The notes under the pieces were generated by a model that was given only the letters and a program-made list of their open reading frames with translations, ran no database searches and was not told the DNA's origin. DNA of 64,000 nucleotides from assembly GCF_902652985.1 (NCBI RefSeq), contig NC_047026.1, positions 3,782,001 to 3,846,000 on the forward strand, in the 5' to 3' direction. Of the stretch, positions 33,373-47,545 are shown piece after piece (positions within the stretch are counted from its first letter, which is position 1; the number at the start of each line of letters is the position of its first letter). Made by a program: the position numbers and the translations under genes. The DNA comes from Pecten maximus. Lineage: Eukaryota.

Positions 33373-33583
33373 TAGTTTGTAATTAGGATGACGACACAGC
33401 CTGAAATATTCTGTTGTGACTTTATAAATGATGGTTAATTTTATCCGATACAGAATTTTCTCAGCTGGCGAAACCTTCATATTATTCGCAATCAGTTAAA
33501 CAATAATGGTCTCTATGTTATATATATAGGTGTATATATATATATATATATATGATCAACTACCAGTCAGACATCCTGTTCGA

Positions 33584-33766
33584 GGGGCCGCGGTGGCAGA
33601 GAGGTTAAGGTGTTCGAAACCTACGTGGGGCAGTTGCCAGGTACTGACTGTAGGCCGGTGGTTTTTCTCCGGGTACTCCGGCTTTCCTCCACCTCCAAAA
33701 CCTGGCACGTCCTTAAATGACCCTGGCTGTTAACAGGACGTTAAACAAAAAACAAACAAACCAAAC
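33584..33766 (+). mobile_element. tRNA-derived V-SINE-like copy with internal deletion
   Basis: GGGGCCGCGGTGGCAGAGAGGTTAAGG head; TTCTCCGGGTACTCCGGCTTTCCTCC V-domain-like core; AAAC tail; imperfect TSD CCTGTTCGA/CCTTTTCGA. Confidence 0.85.
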
Positions 33767-34449
33767 CCTTTTCGAACGATGTGTTCAAATACTACAGATG
33801 AGTCTTAATCTTTGATTTGACAGGCGTGATGTATGAAGATGAGCTCTGACCCATGCCATCTGTCATGACGAGCCGACTTTACCTACAGCCGGGTCCTCAC
33901 TCCCTAAATCCGTTTACGACCTCTACAGGATACAGGTGACTTTGAGAAAATGAAGTGACCACTACCAGGGTCGGGGATCGTCTACTGTGGTTGTAGTGGA
34001 TCCGGAGATGGTGGGAGGGAGGGGGTGACGTAAAACACACATTACAGGAATGTATCATTGTTGACGACACGAAAGTGATACGTCAAGTAGATTATGCTAT
34101 GATTGACGACACCACGTGACCGAGGTTAAATAAATAGTGTTGCACCTTGATACCTATAATTGATATTGTTTTGAAGAATTAATTATTTATTGTCGAAGAC
34201 AGGTATAATTTAATATCAAATTAGCAAATAACAATTATACCACTACAATCCTCTATACTGCTGACGTCATCAGAATGTGTATCTAATTACACCAGTTGTG
34301 TTATATTATGACGTCATAAAATATTTGAGGATACACCCTTTATTGAAGGAGGAAATGAGACCGATCTTTAATGAGTCGTGTCACAAACCTCGTTTTGCCT
34401 AGAACATTGAAATTATATTATGCGTCAATATTTCACTGATAATTTTAAA

Positions 34450-35270
34450 ACACGTGGACGTCAAATAACGTGAGAATACGATTGGCGTCAAATTAACACC
34501 CGAGCACGCGTGGACGTCCAATTAACATATAAATACGTGTTGATATCGAATTAGCATATACACACGTGTTGGTGTCAAATTACATGTAACACGTAGGCAT
34601 GTGTGGACGTCAAAATAACACTGGTACAAATGTTGACGTCATATTAACACGGGTACAAGTGTTGATGTCATATTAACACGGGTACAAGTGTGGACGTCAT
34701 ATTAACACAGGTACAAGTGTGGACGTCATATTAACACGGGTACACGTGTGGACGTCATATTAACACGAGACAAGTGTGGACATCATATTAACACGGGTAC
34801 AAATGTTGACGTCATATTAACACGGGTACAAGTGTTGACGTCATATTAACACGGGTACAAATGTTGACGTCATATTACCACGGGTACAAGTGTGGACGTC
34901 ATATTAACACGGGTACAAATGTTGACGTCATATTAACACGGGTACAAGTGTGGACGTCATATTAACACGGGTACACGTGTGGACGTCATATTAACACGGG
35001 TACACGTGTGGACGTCATATTAACACGGGTACAAGTGTTGACGTCATATTAACACGGGTACAAGTGTGGACGTCATATTAACACGGGTACACGTGTGGAC
35101 GTCATATTAACACGGGTACACGTGTGGACGTCATATTAACACGGGTACACGTGTGGACGTCATATTAACACGGGTACAAGTGTTGACGTCAATTTAACAC
35201 TGGTACAAGTGTTGATGTCATGTAAACAAGGGTACAAGTATAGACGTCATATCACAACGGGTACAAGTGT
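34450..35270. repeat. 29-bp minisatellite (GTGTGGACGTCATATTAACACGGGTACAA)n
   Basis: About 22 homogeneous units from ~34600, with degenerate units to the left. Confidence 0.95.
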
Positions 35271-35869
35271 GGGCTCAACTGAAGCGTTGATGGCAATTTG
35301 GTATTGAAAGCCAGTTTCGAACTCCGATTATTGTATGAGGGTAGGTGGAATTTCGTGTTAAACATACAATAATGGCACAAATTTCCTTTGCCGTGTAGTT
35401 TGAATCTATTCAAATAGGAAATAGAAAGATATATATCTCGAGGCGTTTATAGTTTACAGTATCTGTAATCCAATTGTAAACTTCCACAAACTAGAACATA
35501 TAAATACAGTACAACCGATATAAGTTGTGTACTTGTAATCTATCCAATGTTTTCTTTAACCCTGTCATGAAATTAGTCCAGCGAAAGCGTAGTGACCCTA
35601 AATCAATATCTAAATATAGAAATATGCTGAGTAAGTTCGCGACAAACTCTTCCCAAGATACTGTAATAAGTGGGTATCTAAAGGTCGAACAGGATATATT
35701 GTCACTATGTGATTTCTTATCTGTACTTTACATCAAGTTATTTATTATAACTTGTGCTCAATACTATTTGCTTTGATTTACGACAATAAGAATATGTTTA
35801 AATCAATCAATCAAATCATTACCGCCATCTTACCACCGTCTTAGTGTGTAGCGATTTATTATGTTGTTC

Positions 35870-36090
35870 TCAAAACATTAATCCATTTACAAGACAAAAC
35901 ACGTGAATTAATCAATTTAATCCATTAATAAAACCAATATGTGGATTAATCCATTAAATCCATTTACAAGACAAAACATGTGGTTTAATCCATTATATTA
36001 ATTTACATGACAAAAACATGTTTATTAATCCATTAAATCCATTTATAAGACAAAGCACGTGGATTAACCCCTTTTCAAGACAAAAACAAG
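35870..36090. repeat. Degenerate ~40-bp tandem repeat (AATCCATTTACAAGACAAAAC core)
   Basis: About 5 units. Confidence 0.7.
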
Positions 36091-36460
36091 AATTCTGAAG
36101 AATTTTGTGTCTCGTCGTCCCTGTTTAAGCTTTCTTAAATAACTCAAAAAAGGTAAAGCTCTGAAAATGAAGTCAAATTCCCGTCCTAAATTTGTCAGAG
36201 TAAGTAACATATAGAATGCGTGTATAAATGTCAAGTTTAAATTGATTTTAAAATACCGACATTTTTACGAACCTTTTTTTTAAATCAAGTATTGATTCCT
36301 AATAACTTAAATCTATTCTTTTATTTTCTGTATCAAAGTTTGACACACTTGATATATTTCATTGTTTTCAGAATTAAAATACATTTATGTTATCAAAATG
36401 AGGTAAACACAGCTACCATTGGGGCGAACGTCGACGAAAAAGTAGGAATAAAACTCTGAT

Positions 36461-36700
36461 GGTCTCCACGGAAATAAGACACGTATTACACATGTTTGAC
36501 TGACGTAGTTGGTTTCCACGGAAATAAGACACGTATTACACATGTTTTACTGACGTAGTTGGTTTCCACGGAAATAAGACACGTATTACACATGTTTGAC
36601 TGACGTAGTTGGTTTCCACGGAAATAAGACACGTATTACACATGTTTGACTGACGTAGTTGGTCTCCACGGAAATATGACACGTATTACACATGTTTGAC
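36461..36700. repeat. 50-bp tandem repeat x~5
   Basis: Unit GGTTTCCACGGAAATAAGACACGTATTACACATGTTTGACTGACGTAGTT. Confidence 0.95.
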
Positions 36701-37801
36701 ATATAAACGTTGCTGTTCATCCTTTTGGTTTGGAATATTCCCCGCCAATTTGTGTCAGATTAATGAAGTTAAGTCTTCTTTTGAGTTCGCGTTTGAGTGA
36801 TTGAGAAAAGACATGATGTTCATCCAAGCGTTAACATGTCAACAGTATAAATCAAATAAATCAGTCATGCAGAAAAACGTGTCTAAACTAGTGTCCAAAC
36901 CGAACAGACACATATTTCCGGTTGACTTTCTACTCATACACAATATTTGATATCTATTATAGCCCCGAATCAATGCTTAGTTTAATTTAAACGTCCTTTA
37001 TGTGGGAGAATTGATTTGATCCAACAAAGATTGCTGATACGAGTATTGTAACACAGATAGATTTAAAGATACAAGTTCAAACACCACTTCATTGTGTGAT
37101 TCCAATATAAGCACGCCAAGTACTGCTAAAGTACAACTCCCATACCGCCCCCGCTAGTTAATGATTTTATAAAGATGGCACCCTTTGGTGTTGATTTGTG
37201 AAAAATGAAAAGTATACAATCAGCTTGTAAGTGATTTAATGTAATTTTTTTTACTAAGGAATTAAAAATGAAAGAGGGGTTTTCTATAAAAAAAAATACA
37301 TGTAGTAATGGAGGCTATGACCATACAAACCTGAAGCTCAAACTCGTCAAAGCTATTTTTCTACGCCTCGTTACATAAACGTAAATTAGTGGTAACCAGA
37401 TCATATTTTTTTAGTTTACGACACGCAACATCCCTAGGAGTAAGAAACTGGCAGGCGAAATTGTATATGACTCGACAAGGTGATGCAAGGGCTTTATTGG
37501 GAACTGAGCTGAAAAAAAATCCAAGTACTTTGTATTGTATTACACATGTTACAGAAAAAAAAAAAACTATTTTTCAAACTCAAGATCCCGTGAAGGTCGA
37601 CATAAAGTGACTTGTGTTATAAAAGAAATAAATATCTGAAACTAGAAGTGACGAATCAGAAATATCCCTTTCCTTACCTTTATATATAGATGATGCAGGT
37701 CAGTGACCCGTTTGGAGTGTCAAGATTTATCAAGTAGGAATCATATTTCAGGCAAAAGTTTACGTGTAAATTAATTACACACAACACACACTGATACATA
37801 G

Positions 37802-38196
37802 TTTATGTAAGACTTTCAATAAAGTTTGTAAGACTGTTTCAATAAAGTTTGTAAGAATATTTCAATGAGGTTTGTAAGACTGTTTCAATGAGGTTTGTAA
37901 GACTGTTTCAATGAGGTTTGTAAGACTATTTCAATGAGGTTTGTAAGACTATTTCAATGAGGTTTGAAAGACTGTTTCAATGAGGTTTATAAGACTGTTT
38001 CAATAAGGTTTGTAACACTATTTCAATGAGGTTTGTAAGACTGTTTCAATGAGGTTTGTAAGACTGTTTCAATGAGGTTTATAAGACTATTTCAATGAGG
38101 TTTATAAGATTGTTTCAATAAGGTTTGTAAGACTGTTTCAATGAGGTTTGTAAGACTGTTTCCATAAAGGTTGTAAAACTGTTTTAATAAGGTTTG
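37802..38196. repeat. 23-bp minisatellite (GTAAGACTGTTTCAATGAGGTTT)n
   Basis: About 17 units. Confidence 0.95.
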
Positions 38197-38242
38197 TCGT
38201 AAGTTTCTAACAGCACCATTATATACAAACTCAAGTGTGTCT

Positions 38243-38403
38243 GTGGTTTGGTTTGGTTTATATTGTTTAACGTCCTATTAACAGCCAGGGTCATTTTAGG
38301 ACGTGCCAGGTTTTGGAGGTGGAGGAAAACCGGAGCACCCGGAGAAAAGCCACCGGCCTACGGTCAGTACCAGGCAACTGCATCCCAGAGGTGGAGGACT
38401 AGA
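38243..38403 (-). mobile_element. V-SINE-like copy, 5'-truncated
   Basis: Tail and core match the copy at 59535. Confidence 0.85.
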
Positions 38404-39204
38404 GTCTGTGGTAAGTTTCACACAACACCAAAGCATCTTCTTCGTTCGAGTGACGTGGATTATTTCGTTGCCTTTGCAGTCATGTTTTTTAATGTTGACA
38501 ATTCTGAGAATACTTATAAGCAACCTCTGATTCTGGATACATTCTGATTGTCGGCCGCCGGTAAATACAGTTAAAATACAGTTAAATTTCATGCATATAT
38601 AATTTCTAATTGAACCACACATCAATCGATCATTATTCCAGACGAAACAAAATTCCATTTGAATTTTTTTTTTTTTGCAGCAACTGGCTATTTCGTTGCA
38701 CGTGTCTGTATGAGAGAGAATTACATAAATATGATACCCGGATTTTGAGAAACACGGACATCCTGTATTCTCGTTCCTCTGAAGCCTACCTGATTTACCG
38801 GATACAATGTCTATTTACACACAACCTTGAATTAACAGAATGGAGTTATTATAATAATGATAATAGTGACTTAAACCCTGGCATTCCAAGGTACATATTC
38901 AGATTGAATATTCCTGGTCATATACTGGGGTTTAAACTGTTGTCGTCCAACGATCTTTAAGTCCTTGTTTCGATAGTGTGTTCAAATGTTTACACGAAAT
39001 CTTTAAGTTCTGCCAATGATACAATACCTTATACCCAATCATCCGTAAAAATGATGATTTCAAAACAAAACAATATCACAAGAACATGGGAGACCGCAAA
39101 ACTATCTTAACTGTATGTCTAAACTCGGATTTTCTTGGTATTAAAATTATCTACGTAATTCCAAGAACATGAATATTTTAAACTTTAATTGTTAGTTTCC
39201 CTTC

Positions 39205-39700
39205 TATGGGGAATCAAACGTTTCCGTTATGTTAAATGGGGGATCATCGTTTCCGTTATATGGGGAATCATCGTTTCCGTTATATGGGGAATCAACGTTT
39301 CCGTTATATGGGGAATCAACGTTTCCGTTATGTTAAATGGGGGATCATCGTTTCCGTTATATGGGGAATCATCGTTTCCGTTATATGGGGAATCAACGTT
39401 TCCGTTATATGGGGAATCAACGTTTCCGTTATGTTAAATGGGGGATCATCGTTTCCGTTATATGGGGGATCATCGTTTCCGTTATATGGGGGATCAACGT
39501 TTCCGTTATATGGGGGATCAACGTTTCCGTTATATGGGGGATCAACGTTTCCGTTATATGGGGATCATCGTTTCCGTTATATGGGGAATCATCGTTTCCG
39601 TTATATGGGGGATCAACGTTTCCGTTATATGGGGGATCATCGTTTCCGTTATATTGGGGGGGGGTCATCGTTTCAATTATGTGGGGAATAATCGTTTCAC
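39205..39700. repeat. 24-bp minisatellite (TATGGGGAATCATCGTTTCCGTTA) with a 101-bp higher-order unit
   Basis: The TGTTAAATGG variant recurs at 101-bp spacing (ORF starts 39236, 39337, 39438). Confidence 0.93.
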
Positions 39701-42212
39701 TTGAAATCAAGCTATAAACATTACTACCCGAACAAAGAAAACAAGACTAATTCCATTAGTCACCCTCATGGCCAGTGACCGGCAGTGACCACTCGGTGAC
39801 CCGTAGTACTGTTCTAATTTCGTATTTACCAGGTTATTGTAATGTAAACCACAAGTGTAATTTTTCAGGAACATTTTGCTGTCCGACCCGTTAGCAGACA
39901 ACGTCATTTATATGGGTGGTATTAAAGTAGCGGATGAACAACTCACAAAACAGCGTACTAGAGTGCTACCAGTATCTAGGGCAGTTAACTAATATGTGTC
40001 TTGTCCATGAACACAACTACGACAGTTTAGTTTTATTTCATCTTTATGAAAAGAAAATGCCCCCCCCCCCCCCCCCAAAAAAAAAAGAGGAAAAAAAAAC
40101 AACAAAAAAAACCGCCCTTAGTTGGTTTCGAACCTCACACCTCGGAGCTGCACTTGGAGTTGAGACATTTCCCCATAACCATCGTAACCCAGCAGGACTT
40201 TATCAGCATAGATCACCTACACTTATATATGTGGTAATTATTAACAACCAGAGTTAAAATAATGACACGTCCCTCTCACGGAACAGCCGATTTCTGGATT
40301 TTTACTTCAGAAATATGCGATGCTGAATTATGTCGTTTACCGGCAAAATGCACATTGTTTATGTTTGGGCGTCACCCAGGGGTTAGTTGAGACTGCCAAA
40401 GTGATGAGTGTAACTTAAAAATGTGACAAAATGTGAAAAATTTCGAATTTTCTATTTTTCAAAGAGGGTGTCCGAACGGTTTTCCGAGGATCTCGAACGG
40501 AAGTTTTAGAGGATATTGAATTTGAACTATGCGTGTTAAATAACAAGTTACAAGTATTTGTGGCAAGATCCCTTGTCCAAAACATGAGATGGTTTTAAGG
40601 TGCCATCAAACTACTTGTATGTCTGGACAGCTGTGCCGTAATATAAATCTATCACGCCATGCCGTCTATACGTTGTAAGGTAGGCAGTCTCACGTACGAT
40701 ATGCCGGTCTGTCAACGGAATAATCTCCATACATTTAAACAGGATGGAAACAACGGAGACTTGTCTGTATTTAGGCCATCATTTCCGGTTAAAGGGGGAC
40801 GTCATTTCCGGTATACGGGACCATCATTTCCGGTATAAAGAGACATCACTCTCATTGTCCACGAGGGACTCAAGTTCAACGTACATTAACTGTCACAAAC
40901 GAAATCCGTCTCAAGATTGATAATTCCCGGAAGACATTTTCCAAGTTTACTCAAAGTCAGGGTTTTATGTTGTGTCCAGACTTGGCAAGCTTCCAAATTA
41001 TAGCTGTGTGGATTTATTGACAATGGAGGTTAACAACCTTTTACGAGTTCTCCGCTATCTACATTTGTTTACCGTTAAACGACACAAGTCTCCTTCATAA
41101 ACGATATTTGACAATCGCGCTTTGTCGAATACTTATAAAATATTTGAGTCACAATATGACTCTTATCAATGGATGATTGGACAAGGGTGTGGATTTTGTG
41201 TGTGCGTGTGTGTGTCATTATAATATATACGTGTACTTTGGATAGTGTGCTGAGTGGGAATTTAAATCGTGCCCTGCATCTTATTACTTTTGATGTAAAA
41301 TGGACGGAAATGATAAAAGACTTAAACTTGTATGTTAACCGGAAGTCATGTTTATGACCTTGACCCTGCACTTGCATGCACCGCCGTGTATACAGCTACC
41401 ACAGAGTGGTAGAGGTGTCTGTATCGCGTGTTAAATTTAATGTTACGTAAAGACGGTACCATGGGTGGTTCTACGCGAAAAAATTAAGAACCAACTTAAA
41501 ATTCCGTCTGACCGAAATGCCCTGACCTGAACACTGTATCACTATCGGCTATATCTTACTCTGATTATTAATTAAGTAGCTAAAACGAAATTTTAAGTGG
41601 ATATTAGGTCGATACGTACTACATGCCCAAAAAATATTTCTATACACCTTGAACGCTCAGTCAGATTTCTTGGCGAGAACTGACTCTTCCGTCAATCCCG
41701 TGCTCGATCTTCAACTTATCTTCTCTGTAGAGACAGAGCAGGTTCCTTGGAATTCAAAGATGGCGCGACGATGGATACCATTGAGCAGATAATAGTAAGG
41801 ATTTGACACCGTATATCGTGGTCAACAGGTGAAAAATTAGGGTTGTTATACAATGTACAATGCTGCAAGTAACGCCCCCTGGTGTAAATAATAAAATCGT
41901 TTAGGTCGCGATCGACCAGGGCGCCATCATGTACGTCCAGTGACAACACGACAATGAACCTCGATCGAGATGGCGTTACCCTAAATCTAATCAGACAAAA
42001 TTTCGGGCCGACTTTCAATCGACGATTTATTTATTTACTACTATTATAAAGTGTTATCAACATCGTGTATTGTGGAGGACACAATTGGGTCACGAGGTGG
42101 CGACACTTGTCCTGTAAACGCTTATCAGTTCCATATAGCGTTATATAAATATCATGGGGTCATTTTCTAGGCCGAATGGTCACCAAAAACGAAAAAAAAA
42201 CGAAAACACAAA

Positions 42213-42680
42213 AACAAGAGTATCGACGACGCTACAAAAGCTCGCGTCACATTGTTAATCACTATACCACACTCTTACATTACGGGGCGGGTTTCTTCAA
42301 TTTCTATATCGCAATATATTGAGATGTATTGAGCCTTTTTTGGAAAGGTTTGGACATAAAAACAGTTTTTAGTGCCGCAAGGAAGTTGAACATTGCTTTT
42401 ATAAAAAAAAACCAAGCAAATAGCAATCCTTAAAGGTAAACATTTAAATTTTGTTTTTAAAAAATGGGAACACCCCCCCCCCCCCCCCCCCCCCCCCCCA
42501 AAAAAAAACAACAACCCCACAGTAACCCTCAGAAGGAATATCAGTACCCTAGCACAGTTATAAATTAGTTTACTGATTCCTTTCAACAATAGCACCAAAA
42601 CTCAACATGGGGAAGCCAACGTTGAAGCCGACACCGGGTTGACATAAAAGAAAGCTTTTCGAGAGTCGAGCTGAAAACAA
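42213..42680. mobile_element. Possible HINE/Helentron-like non-autonomous element
   Basis: AACAAGAG start, AAGCTCG subterminal motif and CGAGCTGAAAA end resemble the architecture of 7107-7710. Confidence 0.35.
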
Positions 42681-43219
42681 ACGCACGTGTAACGAATGGA
42701 CCTCTCCCCTTCTGTGTCTTAGATTTTTCTTAATCCATGCATGGATTTCTACACTTTTTTTAAATATCAAGGGCGAGTGCTCGAAAGGCAAAACAGCTCT
42801 ATCGATGACGTTTCTCTCTCGTGTGTCCTATGTAACATTCTGATTAAACTACAGGTCGCCAATTTGGTGAATGATTGTATCACTTAATTACTGTTTACGA
42901 CACATTGACAAGATTTCGTTTCAAAGCAGCTTTAATGAGAATTTTGATTGCAGTTCATTGATCATCTCTGTTCAATGGAAGTCGACTGTAGTTCTTTTTC
43001 TTTTACATAAAGTAACTTAATTATAAGACGGTGGAATCGATAACACAATTCTACAGTTTCTCGTGATTACGTTTTCCTTGATTATTCGTAATATGCTCTG
43101 TCGACGAAAAAAAACTGGGAACGAATGGCGGAGAATCTATAGCAGAGAAATGATAGAGATTTTCTTAAGAAATGTCGAAATATTATCTGGAAATGAGTAT
43201 ATCACGAAGGCGGAATTTC

Positions 43220-44315
43220 CTTGTAGTAGCTGGTGGCTACTTTCTTGTAATAGCTTGGGTTTACATTCCGCTTGTAGTAGCTTGGGGCTAGCTACCTTCT
43301 CTTTGCAGCAAGTGGTAGATAACTTCTCATTGTAGTAGCTGGTAGCTACCTTATCCTTGTAGTACTGGTGGATACATTCTCATTGTAGTAGCTGGTAGCT
43401 ACCTTATCCTTATAGTAGCTGGTAGCTACTTTCTCCTTATAGTAGCTGGTGGATACATTATCATTGTAGTAGCTGGTAGCTACATTATCATTGTAGTAGG
43501 TGATGGATACCTTATCCTTGTAGAAGCTGGTAGCTACATTCTCCTTATAGTAGCTGGTGGATACATTATCATTGTAGTAGCTGGTAGCTACATTATCATT
43601 GTAGTAGCTGGTAGCTACCTTCTCTTTGCAGTAACTGGTAGCTAACTTCTCATTGTAGTAGCTGGTAGCTACATTATCCTTGTAGTAGCTGATGGATACC
43701 TTATCATTGTAGTAGCTGGTAGCTACATTATCCTTGTAGTAGCTGATGGATACCTTATCATTGTAGTAGCTGGTAGCTACATTATCCTTGTAGTAGTTGG
43801 TAGCTACCTTCTCCTTATAGTAGCTGGTGGATACATTATCATTGTAGTAGCTGGTAGCTACCTTCTCTTTGAAGTAACTGGTAGCTAACTTCTCATTGTA
43901 GTAGCTGGTAGCTACATTATCCTTGTAGTAGCTGATGGATACCTTATCATTGTAGTAGCTGGTAGCTACATTATCCTTGTAGTAGCTGGTAGCTACCTTG
44001 TCCTTATAGTAGCTGGTGGATACATTATCATTGTAGTAGCTGGTAGCTACCTTCTCTTTGCAGTAACTGGTAGCTAACTTCTCATTGTAGTAGCTGGTAG
44101 CTACATTCTCCTTATAGTAGCTGGTGGATACATTATCATTGTAGTAGCTGGTAGCTACATTATCCTTGTAGTAGATGGTGGAGACCTTCTCATTGTAGTA
44201 GCTGGTAGCTACTTATCCTTGTAGTAGATGGTGGACACCTTCTGCTTATAGTAGCTGGTGGCTACCGTATCCTTGTAATAGCTGGTAGATTCGTTCTTGT
44301 AGTAGATGGAAGCTA
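43220..44315. repeat. 27-bp minisatellite (TTGTAGTAGCTGGTAGCTACATTATCC)n
   Basis: About 40 units with block duplications. Confidence 0.96.
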
Positions 44316-44999
44316 CATCAGTGAACTGACGGGAGTATCTTTTCTTATTTTTTAATTTGGGTAAAGTGTCTTGCCCTTTGACAAACCTTATAATAAAATA
44401 ATGTATTAATAATGGGTTTTATTTATTCTTCAACGTAAAAAAATATAATCAAATCATTGATTGATTGATTTATTTATTTATTTTCCCATTGTTAAAAATA
44501 ACAATAACGCTTCCGTAAACGGGTGAAAAGGATTGTAAAGCTGAAAAGGCAAGATGTATTTCGAAAAGATACAATAAAAAAATGAAAAGATTTTATGTAC
44601 ATAACCCATTGCATTGGAAGGTCTAATGTGTATTGTGAAGTATGATTTAATGGTGCTTTTTCAATTATGAAGTATGTGAATTATTCATATAATGTCTAAA
44701 TTTATGAATCAACAGAATAAATTCCACAGTCAATAAATACTTGAACAATGTAAGACTCTCTCTAGTTACATGTTTAACATCACACAAGAAAAACCCACTG
44801 ACATGCGATGTTTTACTTTTCATACCAGACACACAGATAGAAAATCCATGGAGACATTGTGACATGCCTTTACAAATAACAAGTACATTGTTCGTGATGT
44901 TGATGTGTAATTACTGTCATGTTGTACAGGTGAACTGTCTACGTGACAGAAACGCTGATATCAATTTTAGGTATGATTCATTGTAATCCAGGAAAAGTT

Positions 45000-45505
45000 A
45001 GGGGACGTTACGACAGATTTACTCCCTCCCCTGTGTAGTATTGAGTATTGGTACGAGGACGTTACTAGATATTTACCTCCTCCCCCGTGTAGTATTGGTG
45101 TGAGATGTTACGACAAATTTACCTCCTCCCCCGGTGTAGCATTGGTGTGAGATGTTACGACAGATCCCCCCCCCCCCCGTGTAGTATTGGTGGGGGACGG
45201 TTACGACAAATGTATTCCCTCCTCTGTGTAGTATTGATAGGGGACGTTCCTACAGCGAGGGTCTATACGGACGGAATAAAACACCTAGATGGGACTAAAT
45301 GGGTGTTCTGGGCTAAATAAATATCTCATTTATCCATATATGTAAGGTAGGTGTTATGTCACACCCGATTTTATTGTATTCGCACCAAATTCTTAGCGAC
45401 ACCAAACGGTGTCTGATAATTCCACGTTCCACGACATGGTGACAGGGCCAGAGGAAACTCGGGCTACTCCTCCCCGTGTAGTGTTGGTGTGAGATGTTAC
45501 GACAG
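45000..45505. repeat. ~46-50-bp degenerate tandem repeat interrupted by a MITE end
   Basis: GTGTAGTATTGGTGTGAGATGTTACGACAGATTT units at 45000-45240 and 45467-45505; the TIR of the 14426 family lies at ~45433-45466. Confidence 0.7.
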
Positions 45506-45754
45506 ATTTTTTTTTTTTGTAAATTAATGAGATATTACATCAATTGGTAGAGTGCAAAATTTGTAAATCGATGGTCATGGGCTTTGTCTCTTGCGAATGA
45601 ATTGAAATAAATTTAATTTATATGACATACTTTTGATAGATATGATTGAATTGGAAATTAGTTTGGTATTATGCTCTTATGTCTAGATAGACTATTTCAG
45701 TAATAGATGTGATTATGACACTATAAATGCCCGGTCAGTGGCCCCATCACCCTT

Positions 45755-46228
45755 GACCTTCATATAACCTAATATCACCCGTGACCTTCATATGACCTGA
45801 TATAACCCGTGACCTTCATATGACCTAATACCACCCGTGACCTTCATATGACCTCATACCACCCGTGACCTTCGTATGACCTTATATCACCCGTGACCTT
45901 CATGTGACCAGATATCACTCGTGACCTTCAAATAACCTAATATCACCCGTGACCTTCATATGACCTCATACCACCCGTGACCTTCGTATGACCTTATATC
46001 ACCCGTGACCTTCATGTGACCAGATATCACTCGTGACCTTCAAATAACCTAATATCACCAGTGACCTTCGTATGACCTTATATCACCCATGACCTTCACA
46101 TGACCTGATATCACCCGTGACCTTCGTATGACCTTATATCACCCATGACATTCACATGACCTGATATCATCCGTGACCTTCATATGACCTGATATCATCC
46201 GTGACCTTCATATGACCTAATATCATCC
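45755..46228. repeat. 28-bp minisatellite (CCCGTGACCTTCATATGACCTAATATCA)n
   Basis: About 17 units; 112-bp block duplication at 45845 and 45957. Confidence 0.94.
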
Positions 46229-47322
46229 CACAATGCTATAGTGTACCGGTATATGACTGAATATGTTGCAAGACTGACGTGGAAGATTTACATCATCATA
46301 ACCTACTTGGCTATTTGGATAATTGAAAAAAATAAAGAAACGACTATATTAAAATGGTTAAAAAAGAGGGATTTTTTATATAAACTCGTAAATTTATTTA
46401 AGGTATTTTTCAAATAAAAAAAAAAGTCGTTTAAACTCTTATTTCAAACACATCACTTCCTGGTTAATCCTTATTAACCCAGGACGACTGTGAAACATAA
46501 TACATGAGTAAGTCATCTAAAAGCTGGCCAGTCGAGCGGTTCTATTAATATTCTCCGTTTGTGGATTTCGGCGGATACATAGTGATAAATTCAAGTGCTG
46601 AATTAAAACTTAACAAAGATATACTTCTAAATAAGAAGCTTATATGTATATGACAGCAAGGTAATCCCCTTAACCAGATTAAATGTTACGTCACAATATA
46701 CGACATTGCTATTTCGTACGTAAGTGTATTAGTCGAATATCATATGTCTGAGGCATTGACGTGCAGAATCCACAAAATATTTACATATATACAAACTGTA
46801 TTTGACAATTCTCTATACTTCGTGTCAATTGACCCCTACAAAACGGGTTTCACCTGACCCTTCTACCCCAGACCAACTTTCCACTTTTCTCCGAAAATAA
46901 CGAGACCCTACTTACGCAAGACCAACTCACCCTTCCCCTTCTCTGGGTATCACCTGACCCTACTACCATCAAGCAATCGTTAGTTTCCTCTGGCCCAGAT
47001 GGAAATAAATTCAAGCTTAATTTATTAGACATTTTATTCGCCAATTCCAACTAATAATTGAAATGTACTAATAAATCTCGCATTGCCATCGCTGCAATGA
47101 TCAGTCTGATCACGTGATATTTATCTCTATGTATACGTCCCATGGGATTTCATGAATGACCTTTACCTCATAATTCCAATCGTTTCACAAGCACTCGGAA
47201 CGCTCTCCCAGAGAGGCTAGCTCCAGGTCAGTGTTCAGAAATGTAGAGACAAAGGCCATCAACTAATTAAGTATTAATTAATAATCAGTTAACGATCATC
47301 TACAGTACTGCACGTCTCTCTG

Positions 47323-47545
47323 CAGACGGGTATGACTAAAACACCCTTCAGTAGACGGTCAGACGGGTAGGACAGAAACACTCTTTAGTAGACGGGAAGG
47401 ACTAAAACACCCTTTAGTAGACGGTCAGACGGGAAGGACTAAAACACCCTTCAGTAGACGGTCAGACGGGTAGGACAGAAACAACATTTAATAGACGGCC
47501 AGACAGGTAGGACTAAAACACCCTTTAGTAAACGGCTAGACGGAT
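47323..47545. repeat. Degenerate ~30-38-bp repeat (AGTAGACGGTCAGACGGG...GACTAAAACACC)
   Basis: About 6 units. Confidence 0.8.
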
